This document shows, piece by piece, positions 44,669 to 54,163 of a DNA stretch of 64,000 nt. Origin of the DNA: an uncultured Acidobacteriota bacterium (GTDB taxonomy: Bacteria > Acidobacteriota > G020349885 > CAZDZC01); contig CAZDZC010000008.1 of assembly GCA_964509835.1 (NCBI GenBank), forward strand, positions 2,136-66,135. Direction: 5' to 3'. Position 1 is the first letter of the stretch. Each line of letters opens with the position of its first letter. Under the pieces are notes generated by a model. The model was not told where the DNA came from. It made no database searches and was given only the letters and a program-made list of their open reading frames with translations. The position numbers were made by a program, and so were the translations under genes.

Positions 44669-46131
44669 TCAGGCCTTTCGGGAAGCCTGTCCATGCCGAA
44701 TTTACAGGCTTCGGCAGCCATAAGTCTTGCAAGTTCCGCCCTGATGTCTGCGGAAATGGCTGAGGGCTCATATTTTTCAAGATGCTTCTTAACTTCAGAC
44801 TTTGCTCTTTCAAACAGGGTTTCGGAACCTTCCTCGTTCCATCGTGAAAGATTTGCCCTGTCTATTACCCTGCCGGGGAAGTAATGCTCGCTTTTAAGAT
44901 GCTTTCTGGTATGCTTTGATATAAGAAGATGCTTATCCTTCAACAGTTCTTCAAACCTTTCGAGGGCGGGGAAATCATCTTTCGGTTCAATTCCCTTTGC
45001 CATTCTCAAGGTCATTCCGCAGATTTCATTATCCACAACAAGCTTTTCAAGGCTCTGGCAGTTTTCAAAATCCAGCATCCCCGGTCCTGAAATGTTATTT
45101 ATCCCTGCCAGCACCGCAAGAGTCGCTCCCATTGAAGTTTCAAGCCCAGCCTGAGCGTCAAGCATCTTGGAATCACTGAGACCGATATAAGCCTGGGTCG
45201 GGATTCCCAGATATTTGCCTATTTCGTTGTAGGCACAGTCCATCATCTGGGTCTCAACCGCGCCCATCGGAGTTGTTTCATATCTGATATCGAACGCGGC
45301 GGGAGAACCGCCGTAAAGCATTGGTGTTCCAGGGGAAGCGCACTGGCTGATGACGATGCCGCTCAGCGTCTCTGCCGTATGGGCGACAAGAGAACCCACC
45401 AGCGTCACGGGGGCCATGAAACCCAGAAGAGGCATTGCGATATATTCGACGGGAATACCGTATCTCGCACAGTCAATTAAATTCTGAGAAGTCACGCTGC
45501 TCCATTTTAAAGGGGAGGTTGGACAGCAGGAGAAAATACACAGCGGCTTATCCTTCAGCTCCTTTTCCGAACCCCTGACTGCAAGCTGGAGGTTAAGCAT
45601 GATCCTGAATGCCTCAATCGTGAACGCCCCGGTGACAACCGGCTTCTCACAATAAAGAAGGTTCAGGAATAAGCGGTAGCTGTCGGAAATCTTCTCCGGG
45701 ACATCGGAAGGGATGAACGCTGTGCTCTGGGACTGAATGAAGTCAAGCCCTTTGAGAAGCTTGGCGTATTTAACATAATCCGCCGTAACCGGCTTTCTTA
45801 TCTTCACTGTATCCGGATCAAGGATGTTTATCGCCGCAGAACCCGGTGTGAAATAGCAGTTGAAACCCGAAAAATCATGTGTCTCGCAACCCAGAGTGTT
45901 ATATAGTTTGAATGATGAGGGTGACGACTTTAGAGCTTTGTCTATTATGTCATTGTTGTAGAAGACATGTTCTTTAGTCATATCGACTGAGGCGCCGTGC
46001 TCCCCGAGAAGCTCAAGAATCTCTCTGTTACGAACAGTTGTTCCGAGTCTGCAGAGAATATCCCGTGCTTCAGAGATGATCCTCTCAATAAGATTCCTTG
46101 ACAGAAATTCCACTCTCGGTCTTACATTCAT
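44665..46131 (-). CDS. MttB-superfamily methyltransferase, non-pyrrolysine type (quaternary-amine such as glycine-betaine:corrinoid methyltransferase-like)
   Basis: 488 aa, with an uninterrupted frame and no in-frame TAG. The MttB-family length and layout is followed by a corrinoid protein gene. Confidence 0.75.
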   Translation of the reverse strand: MNVRPRVEFLSRNLIERIISEARDILCRLGTTVRNREILELLGEHGASVDMTKEHVFYNNDIIDKALKSSPSSFKLYNTLGCETHDFSGFNCYFTPGSAAINILDPDTVKIRKPVTADYVKYAKLLKGLDFIQSQSTAFIPSDVPEKISDSYRLFLNLLYCEKPVVTGAFTIEAFRIMLNLQLAVRGSEKELKDKPLCIFSCCPTSPLKWSSVTSQNLIDCARYGIPVEYIAMPLLGFMAPVTLVGSLVAHTAETLSGIVISQCASPGTPMLYGGSPAAFDIRYETTPMGAVETQMMDCAYNEIGKYLGIPTQAYIGLSDSKMLDAQAGLETSMGATLAVLAGINNISGPGMLDFENCQSLEKLVVDNEICGMTLRMAKGIEPKDDFPALERFEELLKDKHLLISKHTRKHLKSEHYFPGRVIDRANLSRWNEEGSETLFERAKSEVKKHLEKYEPSAISADIRAELARLMAAEACKFGMDRLPERPE

Positions 46132-46520
46132 ATCATATCTCCTCGTGCATAGATCCGGCTTTCTCCCCTACGGAAGATTTTCAAAATCATCAAGGGCATA
46201 ATTTCTTAATTCTTTCGTTCAGCTTTCATCGAAATTATTATGGCTCCAGTCTGATGATGCTTTAAAAAACAATCCTGTTCACGAACAAATCCGCTGAAAA
46301 GAAACAAAACACACGGCTTATTATATGCTATTTTTCTATTATGTGCAAACGCGTGAAAGCTTTGTCCTATGGCTGTTTATTAGGAAATTACTGCTTGATT
46401 TCCCGGATTGAGAAATATGAAAACAAATTCTCCCTGAAGTCAGCAAAGCATGACTATGATAATGATAATGGCAATTATGACAAGGAGGAGTTTCATTATT
46501 GTCTCCTTTTCCCGTTCCGC

Positions 46521-46552
46521 CTATTCATACTTCAGCCTATTCATACTTCAGC
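46521..46552. repeat. Perfect 16-bp tandem duplication spanning the 3' end (stop plus last 4 codons) of the permease gene
   Basis: CTATTCATACTTCAGC occurs at 46521..46536 and again at 46537..46552. The second copy contains the real stop of the 811-aa ORF. Confidence 0.9.
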
Positions 46553-48972
46553 GCCTTGATCGGATCGTCAATTGCGGCACGGACAGCCTGAACCGAAACA
46601 GTTGAAAATGCAATTGTCGCTGCCAGCACGGACGGGAGGATAAATGACCAGATGCTCAGTCCGGCGTGAAATTTAAAGCTTTCCATCCATGCGGACATCA
46701 TCCAGTAAGCTGTTCCCCATGCAAGAATATTTGAAAGAAGCACTATCCCCGTTAGTTCTTTTACAAGAAGGATAACAGCTCCGGTGATGGACGCGCCCAG
46801 TGTTTTGCGTATCGCAATTTCCTTCCTTCTCTGTTCGGCTGCATAGGATACCAGTCCGAAAAGCCCGAGACAGGCAATGAACACAGCAAGAATCGCAAAG
46901 GAGAGTATTATCTCCGCAAGCCTGTAATCTGAAGCGTATAGAGTGTTGATATCATCTTCCAGGAAGCTGTACTGAAATTCATACCCCGGAAGCGTGTTTT
47001 CCCAGCCCGATTTCAGAAAACGAATGGTTTCCTCCGTGTCTGTTCCTGTGATGCTCAAAGCGATATTGAAATAAATACCGGGGTTCATTGTGAAAAGCAT
47101 CGGGAATGTACATCTTTTAAGCGGCTCATAGTTCATGTCTTCAATGACGCCTACTATCTCACCCCTTCTTTCGTTCTCCGCTGCCTCGCCGCCGATGCCA
47201 TACCTCATGATCAGCCTTCTTCCAACCGGGGATTCAAGTCCGAGAGCCTTCGCAGCTGTCTCGTTAATTATGAAAGCGTTTTCGTTGTCGGTTGAAAAGT
47301 CCGGAGAGAAGAACCTTCCTTCCTTCAGCTTTATCCCGAGGGATTTCAGGTAATCACAGTCAACCGATACTTCGGCGATTGACGCTCCGCCTTTCCCGGG
47401 ATCATCTTCCACAAAAACAGTAGTGACATTTCTGAGCTGTCCGGGAAGGCTGGAAGCCCTTGTAACAGCCAGAATATTCTTATTGCCCGAATAAGTGTTT
47501 TTAAGTATCTCAAGTTTGGCTTCCCTAAAACCGTCACCGTCCGGGAGCATTGCCGGGATTACAATCACATTGGTTTTTGAAAATCCGAGATCCTTTGTGT
47601 TTATGAAGTCCAGTTGTCTCAGGATCACGGCGATGCATATCATAAGAGCAATCGAGATGCTGAACTGAACGAAGACAAGGATTTTTCTGAACCCTGCTCC
47701 TCCTCCCGACAGCCTCATTCTTCCCGAGAGAACGCCTATCGGCTCGAATGATGACAGATAGAATGAAGTGTAGCTTCCCGAGAAAATCCCGACCACTGCC
47801 GTGAAACACACAAGTCCGAGGATGTAGTTAATATCGGTAAAGAAATGTGCTGCCGAGAGATTTTTTCCGGAGAGACTGTTAAACAGCGGAAGAAGCAGTT
47901 CGCAGATCCCCAGGGCTATCGGAAGCGAAATGAATGAGATAAGTATTGATTCGGCAAGGAACTGGGCAATGATCTGGTTTCTTGACGCTCCGATGCTTTT
48001 TCTAAGGCCTATCTCCTTTGCTCTCTTCGAAGACCTCGCGGTTGCGAGGTTCATGAAGTTCATGCAGGCAATAAAAAGGGTAAGGAATGCTATCGCGCTG
48101 AAAATGTAAACATGGTTTATGCTTCCGTTGGGTTTTATTTCAGCCAGAAGCTGGGAATGGAGATGTATGGATGTCAATGGCTGAAGATAAAGTCCCTTGA
48201 GCCATTTCTTTCCTTCTGCGTCAACATATTTTTCTATGAGGCCGGGGAAAGCGCTTTCCAGTTCGGTTTCCGCTCTGCTGTCCTTGAGAAGAAGATAGGT
48301 ATAGCAAATATTTGCGACCCACATCCTGAAAAAGTCCGTGTTCGTTTCGTTTTCCATCCCTTCCAGAGAGATGAGCATATCGAATTCCATGTGGGAATTT
48401 GCAGGCACATCCCTGATTACCCCCGTGATTTCAACATCCGGAATCTGCATGTTCTCGATCCTGATGATTTTTCTGACTGCGTCTTTTTTCCCGAAAAATT
48501 TGACCGCGCTGCTTTCAGTCAGGACAGCAGAACCTGCCTTTGACAGAGCAGTGTCAGCGTTTCCTGCTATGAACTGATGATCAAAAATCTTGAAAAAACC
48601 CGGGTCAACTGTGAATTTTTTGTCGCCTCTGAATTTCTTCTGATCAATTGTGACCGTCGCAGCGCTCGCATCGAACATCCTAACGGCTTCTTCCACTTTA
48701 TCCGGGAATTCGGACTTGACGGCCGGGCCTATTCCGGGGCCGATCACAGGGTAGTGTGTCGGATCAGTCCCATTGTAAAGGACCTGCTCCGCTATCCTGA
48801 ATATCCTGTCCGACCTGGTGTGCGACTTGTCAAAGGACAGTTCATCGGCTACCCACATCAGGATAAGCAAACAGCAAGCCATCCCGATTGAAAGGCCGAT
48901 TATGTTGATTATGGAATAAAGCTTCTGTCTGAGAATATTTCTGAAAGCGGTTTTGATATAATTAATAAGCAT
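46537..48972 (-). CDS. ABC transporter permease, roughly 800-aa double MacB_PCD/FtsX type
   Basis: 811 aa. N-terminus MLINYIKTAFRNILRQKLYSIINIIGLSIGMA, and two FtsX modules (KRAKEIGLRKSIGA; RRKEIAIRKTLGA). Confidence 0.85.
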   Translation of the reverse strand: MLINYIKTAFRNILRQKLYSIINIIGLSIGMACCLLILMWVADELSFDKSHTRSDRIFRIAEQVLYNGTDPTHYPVIGPGIGPAVKSEFPDKVEEAVRMFDASAATVTIDQKKFRGDKKFTVDPGFFKIFDHQFIAGNADTALSKAGSAVLTESSAVKFFGKKDAVRKIIRIENMQIPDVEITGVIRDVPANSHMEFDMLISLEGMENETNTDFFRMWVANICYTYLLLKDSRAETELESAFPGLIEKYVDAEGKKWLKGLYLQPLTSIHLHSQLLAEIKPNGSINHVYIFSAIAFLTLFIACMNFMNLATARSSKRAKEIGLRKSIGASRNQIIAQFLAESILISFISLPIALGICELLLPLFNSLSGKNLSAAHFFTDINYILGLVCFTAVVGIFSGSYTSFYLSSFEPIGVLSGRMRLSGGGAGFRKILVFVQFSISIALMICIAVILRQLDFINTKDLGFSKTNVIVIPAMLPDGDGFREAKLEILKNTYSGNKNILAVTRASSLPGQLRNVTTVFVEDDPGKGGASIAEVSVDCDYLKSLGIKLKEGRFFSPDFSTDNENAFIINETAAKALGLESPVGRRLIMRYGIGGEAAENERRGEIVGVIEDMNYEPLKRCTFPMLFTMNPGIYFNIALSITGTDTEETIRFLKSGWENTLPGYEFQYSFLEDDINTLYASDYRLAEIILSFAILAVFIACLGLFGLVSYAAEQRRKEIAIRKTLGASITGAVILLVKELTGIVLLSNILAWGTAYWMMSAWMESFKFHAGLSIWSFILPSVLAATIAFSTVSVQAVRAAIDDPIKALKYE

Positions 48973-48980
48973 TTTTCAAC

Positions 48981-51395
48981 TCACTGACATCTGATTGCTT
49001 CAACAGGGTTTGTCAGGGCTGATCTTACAGCCTGATAACCTACGGTCAGAAGGGCCACCAGAAGCGAAATCAACCCTGCGAAAACAAACACCCTTATTTC
49101 CGGCTCCACCCGGTAGGAAAAGCTTTCAAGCCATTTCTGAACGGCATAGTACGCAAGCGGACATGCAATGATACAGGCCAGAAAGACCAGTTTGATGAAG
49201 TTCCCGGTCATACAGGAAAGAATATCAGCCATCGAAGCCCCGAGGACTTTCCGGATTCCGATCTCCCTTGTCCTCTGCTCTGCCATGAAGGAAGACAGGC
49301 CTAGAAGCCCCAGGCATGATATCAGGATGCAGAATCCCGCGAAAATACTGAATATGGTCGCCAGTTTCTGCTCTACCCGGTAATGCTCGCTGAGATTATC
49401 GTCAAGCCATGTGTAGTCCAGCGGATGGGAAGGAACAAATTCCTTCCATGTTTTCTCAATTCCCGAAAGCACATCCTCATTGCCTCCGCCTTCCAGCCTT
49501 ATATGGACAAGCCGCACATGATCCTCCGATAGCATTACCACTATCGGTCCTATTTCGTTGTGCAGGGATGCGTGATGGAAATCCTTCACTACTCCGATGA
49601 CCCTTCCGTCACGGTCCGCTTTGCCATCAAGGCCTATTCCGAACTGCATTCTTTTCCCGACAGGATTATTTCCCCAGCCCAGTTTTTTCGCGGCAGCCTG
49701 ATTGATGATGAACGCTTCCTTTCCGTCAGCGCCCATATCCCTGTCAAATCCCCTGCCTTCAATGATCTTCATACCCATCAGGTCCAGATAATCGTAATCC
49801 GCAAAGAACCAGTCAAGCGCCTGTTCTCTTAAACCGGTTTCTCCATCAACACGGAAAACCACTTTTGAATATTCTCCTCCCGGTGATGATGAAGATGAAG
49901 CTGCCGCCTTAACCCCGGGGATTTTTTTCAGCTCTGTAATCAGCGAGGAGATATTTTCCATTGCACCCTCTCCTCTTAGCGGGGCGACAATGACATTATC
50001 CCTGACAAAACCGAGGTCTTTGTTCTTCATATATCTGAACTGCTGGAGCACGGTCAGAGTAACTATTATCATAAAGACTGAAATGACAAACTGAAAGACA
50101 ACCAGTGTTTTTCTGAATCCTCCCGAACCTGAACGGATGCTTCCCTTTAGGACATTCACCGGCATAAACGAAGAGAGATAAAATGACGGATAGCTTCCCG
50201 AAACAATCCCGATGACAAGCACCAGCGCGAGTATTTCGAGAAACAGGACGGGGGTCAGGAAAATGCTGAAATCATATTCTTTGCCGGCCAGTTCGTTGAA
50301 AACAGGGAAGAATAGTTCAATCAGCAAAAGAGCGAACAAAAATGAGATAAACGCTATTATCATTGACTCTGCGAGGAACTGCTTTACGAGCAGTCCACGG
50401 TTCGCGCCGAGAGCCTTTCTTATTCCGACTTCCTTGGCTCTTTTTGCTGACCTTGCGGTCGCGAGGTTCATATAGTTTATGCTTGCGATGATTACAATGA
50501 ACACCGCTATCAGCGAAAAGATATAAACAAATCTGATATTCCCGACGGGAAGATCCCAGAACAGTTTTGATTTGAGATGAATATCAGCGAGAGGGGTCAG
50601 CATCAGACTGAAACCGCCCTTGATCTGATCTCCAATCTCCGCCATGTATTTTTTGTAGAACTGCCCGGATCTTCCAAGGATAATTCCCCTGCTTTCAGCC
50701 CTGTCCAGAAGCAGATAAGTGAAAAGCTGAACATTCCAGAAATTTCCGGGTTCGGCGGCGTTGAATCGTTCCGCGCCGGCTAACTGTTCGAGGGTTTTCA
50801 TTGAATACAACACATTGAATATAAGGTGAGAGTTGAGGGGAACATTATCCACAACCCCTGTGATTTTCAGTTGGGTTCCTGAACCCGTTGTCACGGTTTT
50901 ACCGATCGGGTCCTCCTCTCCGAAGATAATTCCAGCAGTTTTTTCGGTGATGACCATTGTGTTGGGTTCAGTAAGCGCGGAATCCGGGGAACCCTTTATG
51001 AACCCGTGATCAAATACACTGAAAACTGAAGCGTCTGCAAAAAAGATCCTGTCAATATAGATTTCTTTTTCGCCGTATTTAAAAAGCGTTTTATCTGCCG
51101 GCTGGAAACGCACAAAATCCAGGACCTCTTCGTATTCTGACGCAAGCGTGGGGCCGAGCGGGATTGATGTCGGAGCGGCATACTCCTCCTGCCCCTCGAA
51201 CGAGAAGTGTGATTCGGCCCTTACGATCCTGTCGTGATTTGAATGATGTCTGTCATAGGAAAGTTCATCCTGCACATAGAGCATGATAAAGACAGCACAC
51301 GCAATTCCAACCGCAAGACCTGTTATGTTGATGGCGCTGTAGCCCTTATTCCGGAGAAGATTCCTCAAACCGACCTTGAAATAATTTGTCAGCAT
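48981..51395 (-). CDS. ABC transporter permease, roughly 800-aa double MacB_PCD/FtsX type (paralogue)
   Basis: 804 aa. N-terminus MLTNYFKVGLRNLLRNKGYSAINITGLAVGIA, and two FtsX modules (KRAKEVGIRKALGA; RTREIGIRKVLGA). Confidence 0.85.
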   Translation of the reverse strand: MLTNYFKVGLRNLLRNKGYSAINITGLAVGIACAVFIMLYVQDELSYDRHHSNHDRIVRAESHFSFEGQEEYAAPTSIPLGPTLASEYEEVLDFVRFQPADKTLFKYGEKEIYIDRIFFADASVFSVFDHGFIKGSPDSALTEPNTMVITEKTAGIIFGEEDPIGKTVTTGSGTQLKITGVVDNVPLNSHLIFNVLYSMKTLEQLAGAERFNAAEPGNFWNVQLFTYLLLDRAESRGIILGRSGQFYKKYMAEIGDQIKGGFSLMLTPLADIHLKSKLFWDLPVGNIRFVYIFSLIAVFIVIIASINYMNLATARSAKRAKEVGIRKALGANRGLLVKQFLAESMIIAFISFLFALLLIELFFPVFNELAGKEYDFSIFLTPVLFLEILALVLVIGIVSGSYPSFYLSSFMPVNVLKGSIRSGSGGFRKTLVVFQFVISVFMIIVTLTVLQQFRYMKNKDLGFVRDNVIVAPLRGEGAMENISSLITELKKIPGVKAAASSSSSPGGEYSKVVFRVDGETGLREQALDWFFADYDYLDLMGMKIIEGRGFDRDMGADGKEAFIINQAAAKKLGWGNNPVGKRMQFGIGLDGKADRDGRVIGVVKDFHHASLHNEIGPIVVMLSEDHVRLVHIRLEGGGNEDVLSGIEKTWKEFVPSHPLDYTWLDDNLSEHYRVEQKLATIFSIFAGFCILISCLGLLGLSSFMAEQRTREIGIRKVLGASMADILSCMTGNFIKLVFLACIIACPLAYYAVQKWLESFSYRVEPEIRVFVFAGLISLLVALLTVGYQAVRSALTNPVEAIRCQ

Positions 51396-51407
51396 GACAT
51401 TAACCTT

Positions 51408-52103
51408 TTACAGTGTTGAAACTGCCGTCTTACCCATATTTTCAGCCACGATATGCCCGTCAAACAAGTGGATGACCCTCTGGCTGTATTCCGCGTAAAC
51501 CTGGGAATGGGTGACCATTACAATGGTCGCACCTCTTTCATGAAGTCCGGATATCAATCCCATGACCTCGTCTCCGTTCACGGAATCAAGGTTGCCGGTA
51601 GGTTCATCCGCGAGGATAAGTTTGGGATCGCCCACAATAGCCCTCGCCACGGCAACCCTCTGCTGCTGTCCTCCTGACAACTGCTGCGGGAAATGGTTCT
51701 TTCGCGGGACAAGCTTCATCTGCTCCATGATATCCAGTACTTTCTTTTTCCTATCAGACGCTGGCGTTTTCTGATAGAGGAGAGGAAGTTCAATGTTTTC
51801 ATATACCGTAAGTTCGTCAATCAGGTTGAAACTCTGGAAGATGAACCCGATATTCGCTTTCCTCAGATTTGCGCGCTGTCTTTCTGAATAACCCGCGACA
51901 TTCTCTCCCAGAAAGATATGCTCCCCCTCGCTCGGATTGTCCAGAAGGCCCAGAATGTTCAGAAGGGTTGATTTTCCGCATCCTGAAGGACCCATGATCG
52001 CAACGAATTCCCCGTCTTTTATATTCAGGTTTACATTGTTGAGAGCAGTAGTTTCGACCTCCTCGGTCAGATAGACTTTTTTAAGATTCTTGGTGGAAAT
52101 CAT
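51408..52103 (-). CDS. ABC transporter ATP-binding protein (MacB/LolD type)
   Basis: 231 aa. Motifs: [39 protein letters not shown]. Confidence 0.9.
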   Translation of the reverse strand: MISTKNLKKVYLTEEVETTALNNVNLNIKDGEFVAIMGPSGCGKSTLLNILGLLDNPSEGEHIFLGENVAGYSERQRANLRKANIGFIFQSFNLIDELTVYENIELPLLYQKTPASDRKKKVLDIMEQMKLVPRKNHFPQQLSGGQQQRVAVARAIVGDPKLILADEPTGNLDSVNGDEVMGLISGLHERGATIVMVTHSQVYAEYSQRVIHLFDGHIVAENMGKTAVSTL

Positions 52104-52119
52104 GTTTACTCCTTCGGGG

Positions 52120-53376
52120 TTACTTTATTTTCAGAATTTCTGCACTGCCGTAATTATCATAGTTAGAGATGATGACCCTGTCTCCTGGCACCAGCCCTTC
52201 AAGAACTTCAAAATACTGCGGGTTGTAACGGCCAAGCCGGATATTCCTTCTGACGGCCCTTTTACTGTCTTTGTTCAGCACAAAGGCCCAGTTCCCGCCG
52301 GTAGCCTGATAAAACCCTCCCCTCTCAAGGAGGACTGCGTCAACTGTGTCGCCAAGTTCAAGCTTGATCTGAATGCTCTGGCCTCTTCTGATTCCTTCAG
52401 GGGAGGCACCGTCAAACAGAAAATCGGTTTCGAATTTTCCGTTGCTGACCTCGGGATAAACCTTTGAAACCCTAAGGCAGTAAGATTTTCCCGCAAGGTC
52501 AAATGTTCCGGTATTCCCGGATGCTATCTTCGAAATGTAATGCTCGTCAATTTCCGCCCTGATCTTGAAGCCTTCTTCCTCGTCAATCTGACCAAGCCTT
52601 TCTCCTGGGGATTTTGATTCCCCGAGATCGGCGTTCAGCGAGGTCAATTGTCCGGAGACCGGCGCCTTGATGGTAAGGTTTTCCTGCTTCTGCTTGACCA
52701 CTTCCAGATTTTCCCTCATCCTCTCGAGAGAGGCCTCAAGCTGAAGCACCTGCTGTTCCTGATAGGAGAGTTCCTTCTCCCTCGATTCAACCGTGATGGC
52801 ATGTTTTTTTTCTATGTATCTGAAATCGTCCTCAGCGGATTCAAACTCCTCAAGGGATATCAGCCCTTTGTCATAAAGATTTCCGGAGCGTTCAAAATGC
52901 TTCGAGGCTTTATCCAGAAGATATTCCGACTCGGTAACGGAGCGGTTTAACTGAAGCCTGTTCTGCTCCATCGCGAGCCTTGTGTTTCTGAGGTTGTTGC
53001 TCTGCTGGAAGAGTTCAGCCTCCCTGTACATTATGTCCAGCAGAAGATTTGTGTTTGAAAGCCTCAGAATCATGTCGCCTTTCTTAACGCGCGTTCCGGC
53101 GTCTATGAAAATTTCTTCGACCCGTCCGCCCTCCACGGCATCAAGATAGATGGTATTCTGCGGCATTACCCTTCCCATGACCGGGATATAATCCTGAAAC
53201 CTCCCCGAAACGACTTCGGCAACCCTGATCCTGTTAAGGGCGATCTTCAGTCCGGAAATTGTGCAGGCTCTGCCTGAAACAAAGACTATCAGCAAAAAAC
53301 ACACGCAGAAAAATGAAAGCCAGAGTATCTTTCCCCTGGTCCACTTTTTTTTCTCGATTATTCTGTCCATTGTCAT
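52120..53376 (-). CDS. HlyD-family efflux periplasmic adaptor
   Basis: 418 aa. An N-terminal TM helix is followed by a lipoyl-like segment (VEGGRVEEIFIDAGTRVKKGD), a long coiled-coil and a beta-barrel. Confidence 0.8.
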   Translation of the reverse strand: MTMDRIIEKKKWTRGKILWLSFFCVCFLLIVFVSGRACTISGLKIALNRIRVAEVVSGRFQDYIPVMGRVMPQNTIYLDAVEGGRVEEIFIDAGTRVKKGDMILRLSNTNLLLDIMYREAELFQQSNNLRNTRLAMEQNRLQLNRSVTESEYLLDKASKHFERSGNLYDKGLISLEEFESAEDDFRYIEKKHAITVESREKELSYQEQQVLQLEASLERMRENLEVVKQKQENLTIKAPVSGQLTSLNADLGESKSPGERLGQIDEEEGFKIRAEIDEHYISKIASGNTGTFDLAGKSYCLRVSKVYPEVSNGKFETDFLFDGASPEGIRRGQSIQIKLELGDTVDAVLLERGGFYQATGGNWAFVLNKDSKRAVRRNIRLGRYNPQYFEVLEGLVPGDRVIISNYDNYGSAEILKIK

Positions 53377-53623
53377 AAGCGTATCTCCAAATTAAATATA
53401 AGCAATCATTGTGCCATGTTAGAATATGCCTTCTTACCGGGTATTTTCAAGAAAATAATTCATTCAGACTGTCCGTATTGGAACACAGGTGTTCGTAAAT
53501 GAACAATCCATGGCGTTTCATCTGACTATTGATTATGGATGCCTTATGAAGTAGTCTCTAATTTCAGTGCGATTTTCTGATTAAGAGTTTTTTCAGAAGC
53601 AGAATGGAAGCAGGATAATCATC

Positions 53624-54163
53624 GTGGAAGATCAAGTTTGTTTTCTGAGACCGGGGGAAGATAGGAAAGGAGAATCTGTATTCATAAGGCCTCCTGAACC
53701 TGATGAGATGCAATGGATAAGAAAACTCTGGGCGGATACTCGCACAATGAAGGAAGTAGGCGGCACGATCCTGCTGGATGAGAATGAGAGTGAATCATGG
53801 TACCGCCGGATGGTATTTCCCGGCAACGGAACGAACTGTTATTGTCTTATATTCACTAACAGCGGAACACCGGTCGGAGAAGTTAGTTTCCACAGATGGA
53901 ACTGGAAGAAGCGGTCAGCCGATTTCAACATTAAGATAGAGGCCTCCCTGCGCGGGAAAGGTTACGGACGCGATGCCATACTTCTCCTGCTCAGGTATTT
54001 CTTCTGCGAAGCCGGAGGCAGCCTTATCGTGGATGATGTCGCGAAAGGCAACATTCCCGGTCAGAAAGCGCTTCTTAATTTCGGATTTGTTCACGATCCG
54101 TCATGCGGAGAGCATTTTCCGCTCAAAATGGACAGAAAAAGGTTCCTGGAACTGTATGGATAA
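53624..54163 (+). CDS. GNAT-family N-acetyltransferase
   Basis: 179 aa with a GTG start. FIRPPEPDEMQWIRKLW.. matches the RimJ/RimL-like N-terminus, and the acetyl-CoA motif is LRGKGYGRDAILLLLRYFF. Confidence 0.75.
   Translation: MEDQVCFLRPGEDRKGESVFIRPPEPDEMQWIRKLWADTRTMKEVGGTILLDENESESWYRRMVFPGNGTNCYCLIFTNSGTPVGEVSFHRWNWKKRSADFNIKIEASLRGKGYGRDAILLLLRYFFCEAGGSLIVDDVAKGNIPGQKALLNFGFVHDPSCGEHFPLKMDRKRFLELYG

Noticed and set aside
44665-46131. Pyrrolysine (in-frame TAG) read-through in the MttB homologue
   Set aside because: The 488-codon frame is uninterrupted, and no pyl genes are in the window. It is therefore a non-Pyl MttB-superfamily member.
46132-46360. Cobalamin riboswitch in the roughly 190-nt leader of the mttB-corrinoid operon
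   Set aside because: I looked for a B12-box-like GCCACTG core and the conserved paired elements and did not find them. There is only a promoter-like TTTGCA-18-TATAAT on the minus strand.
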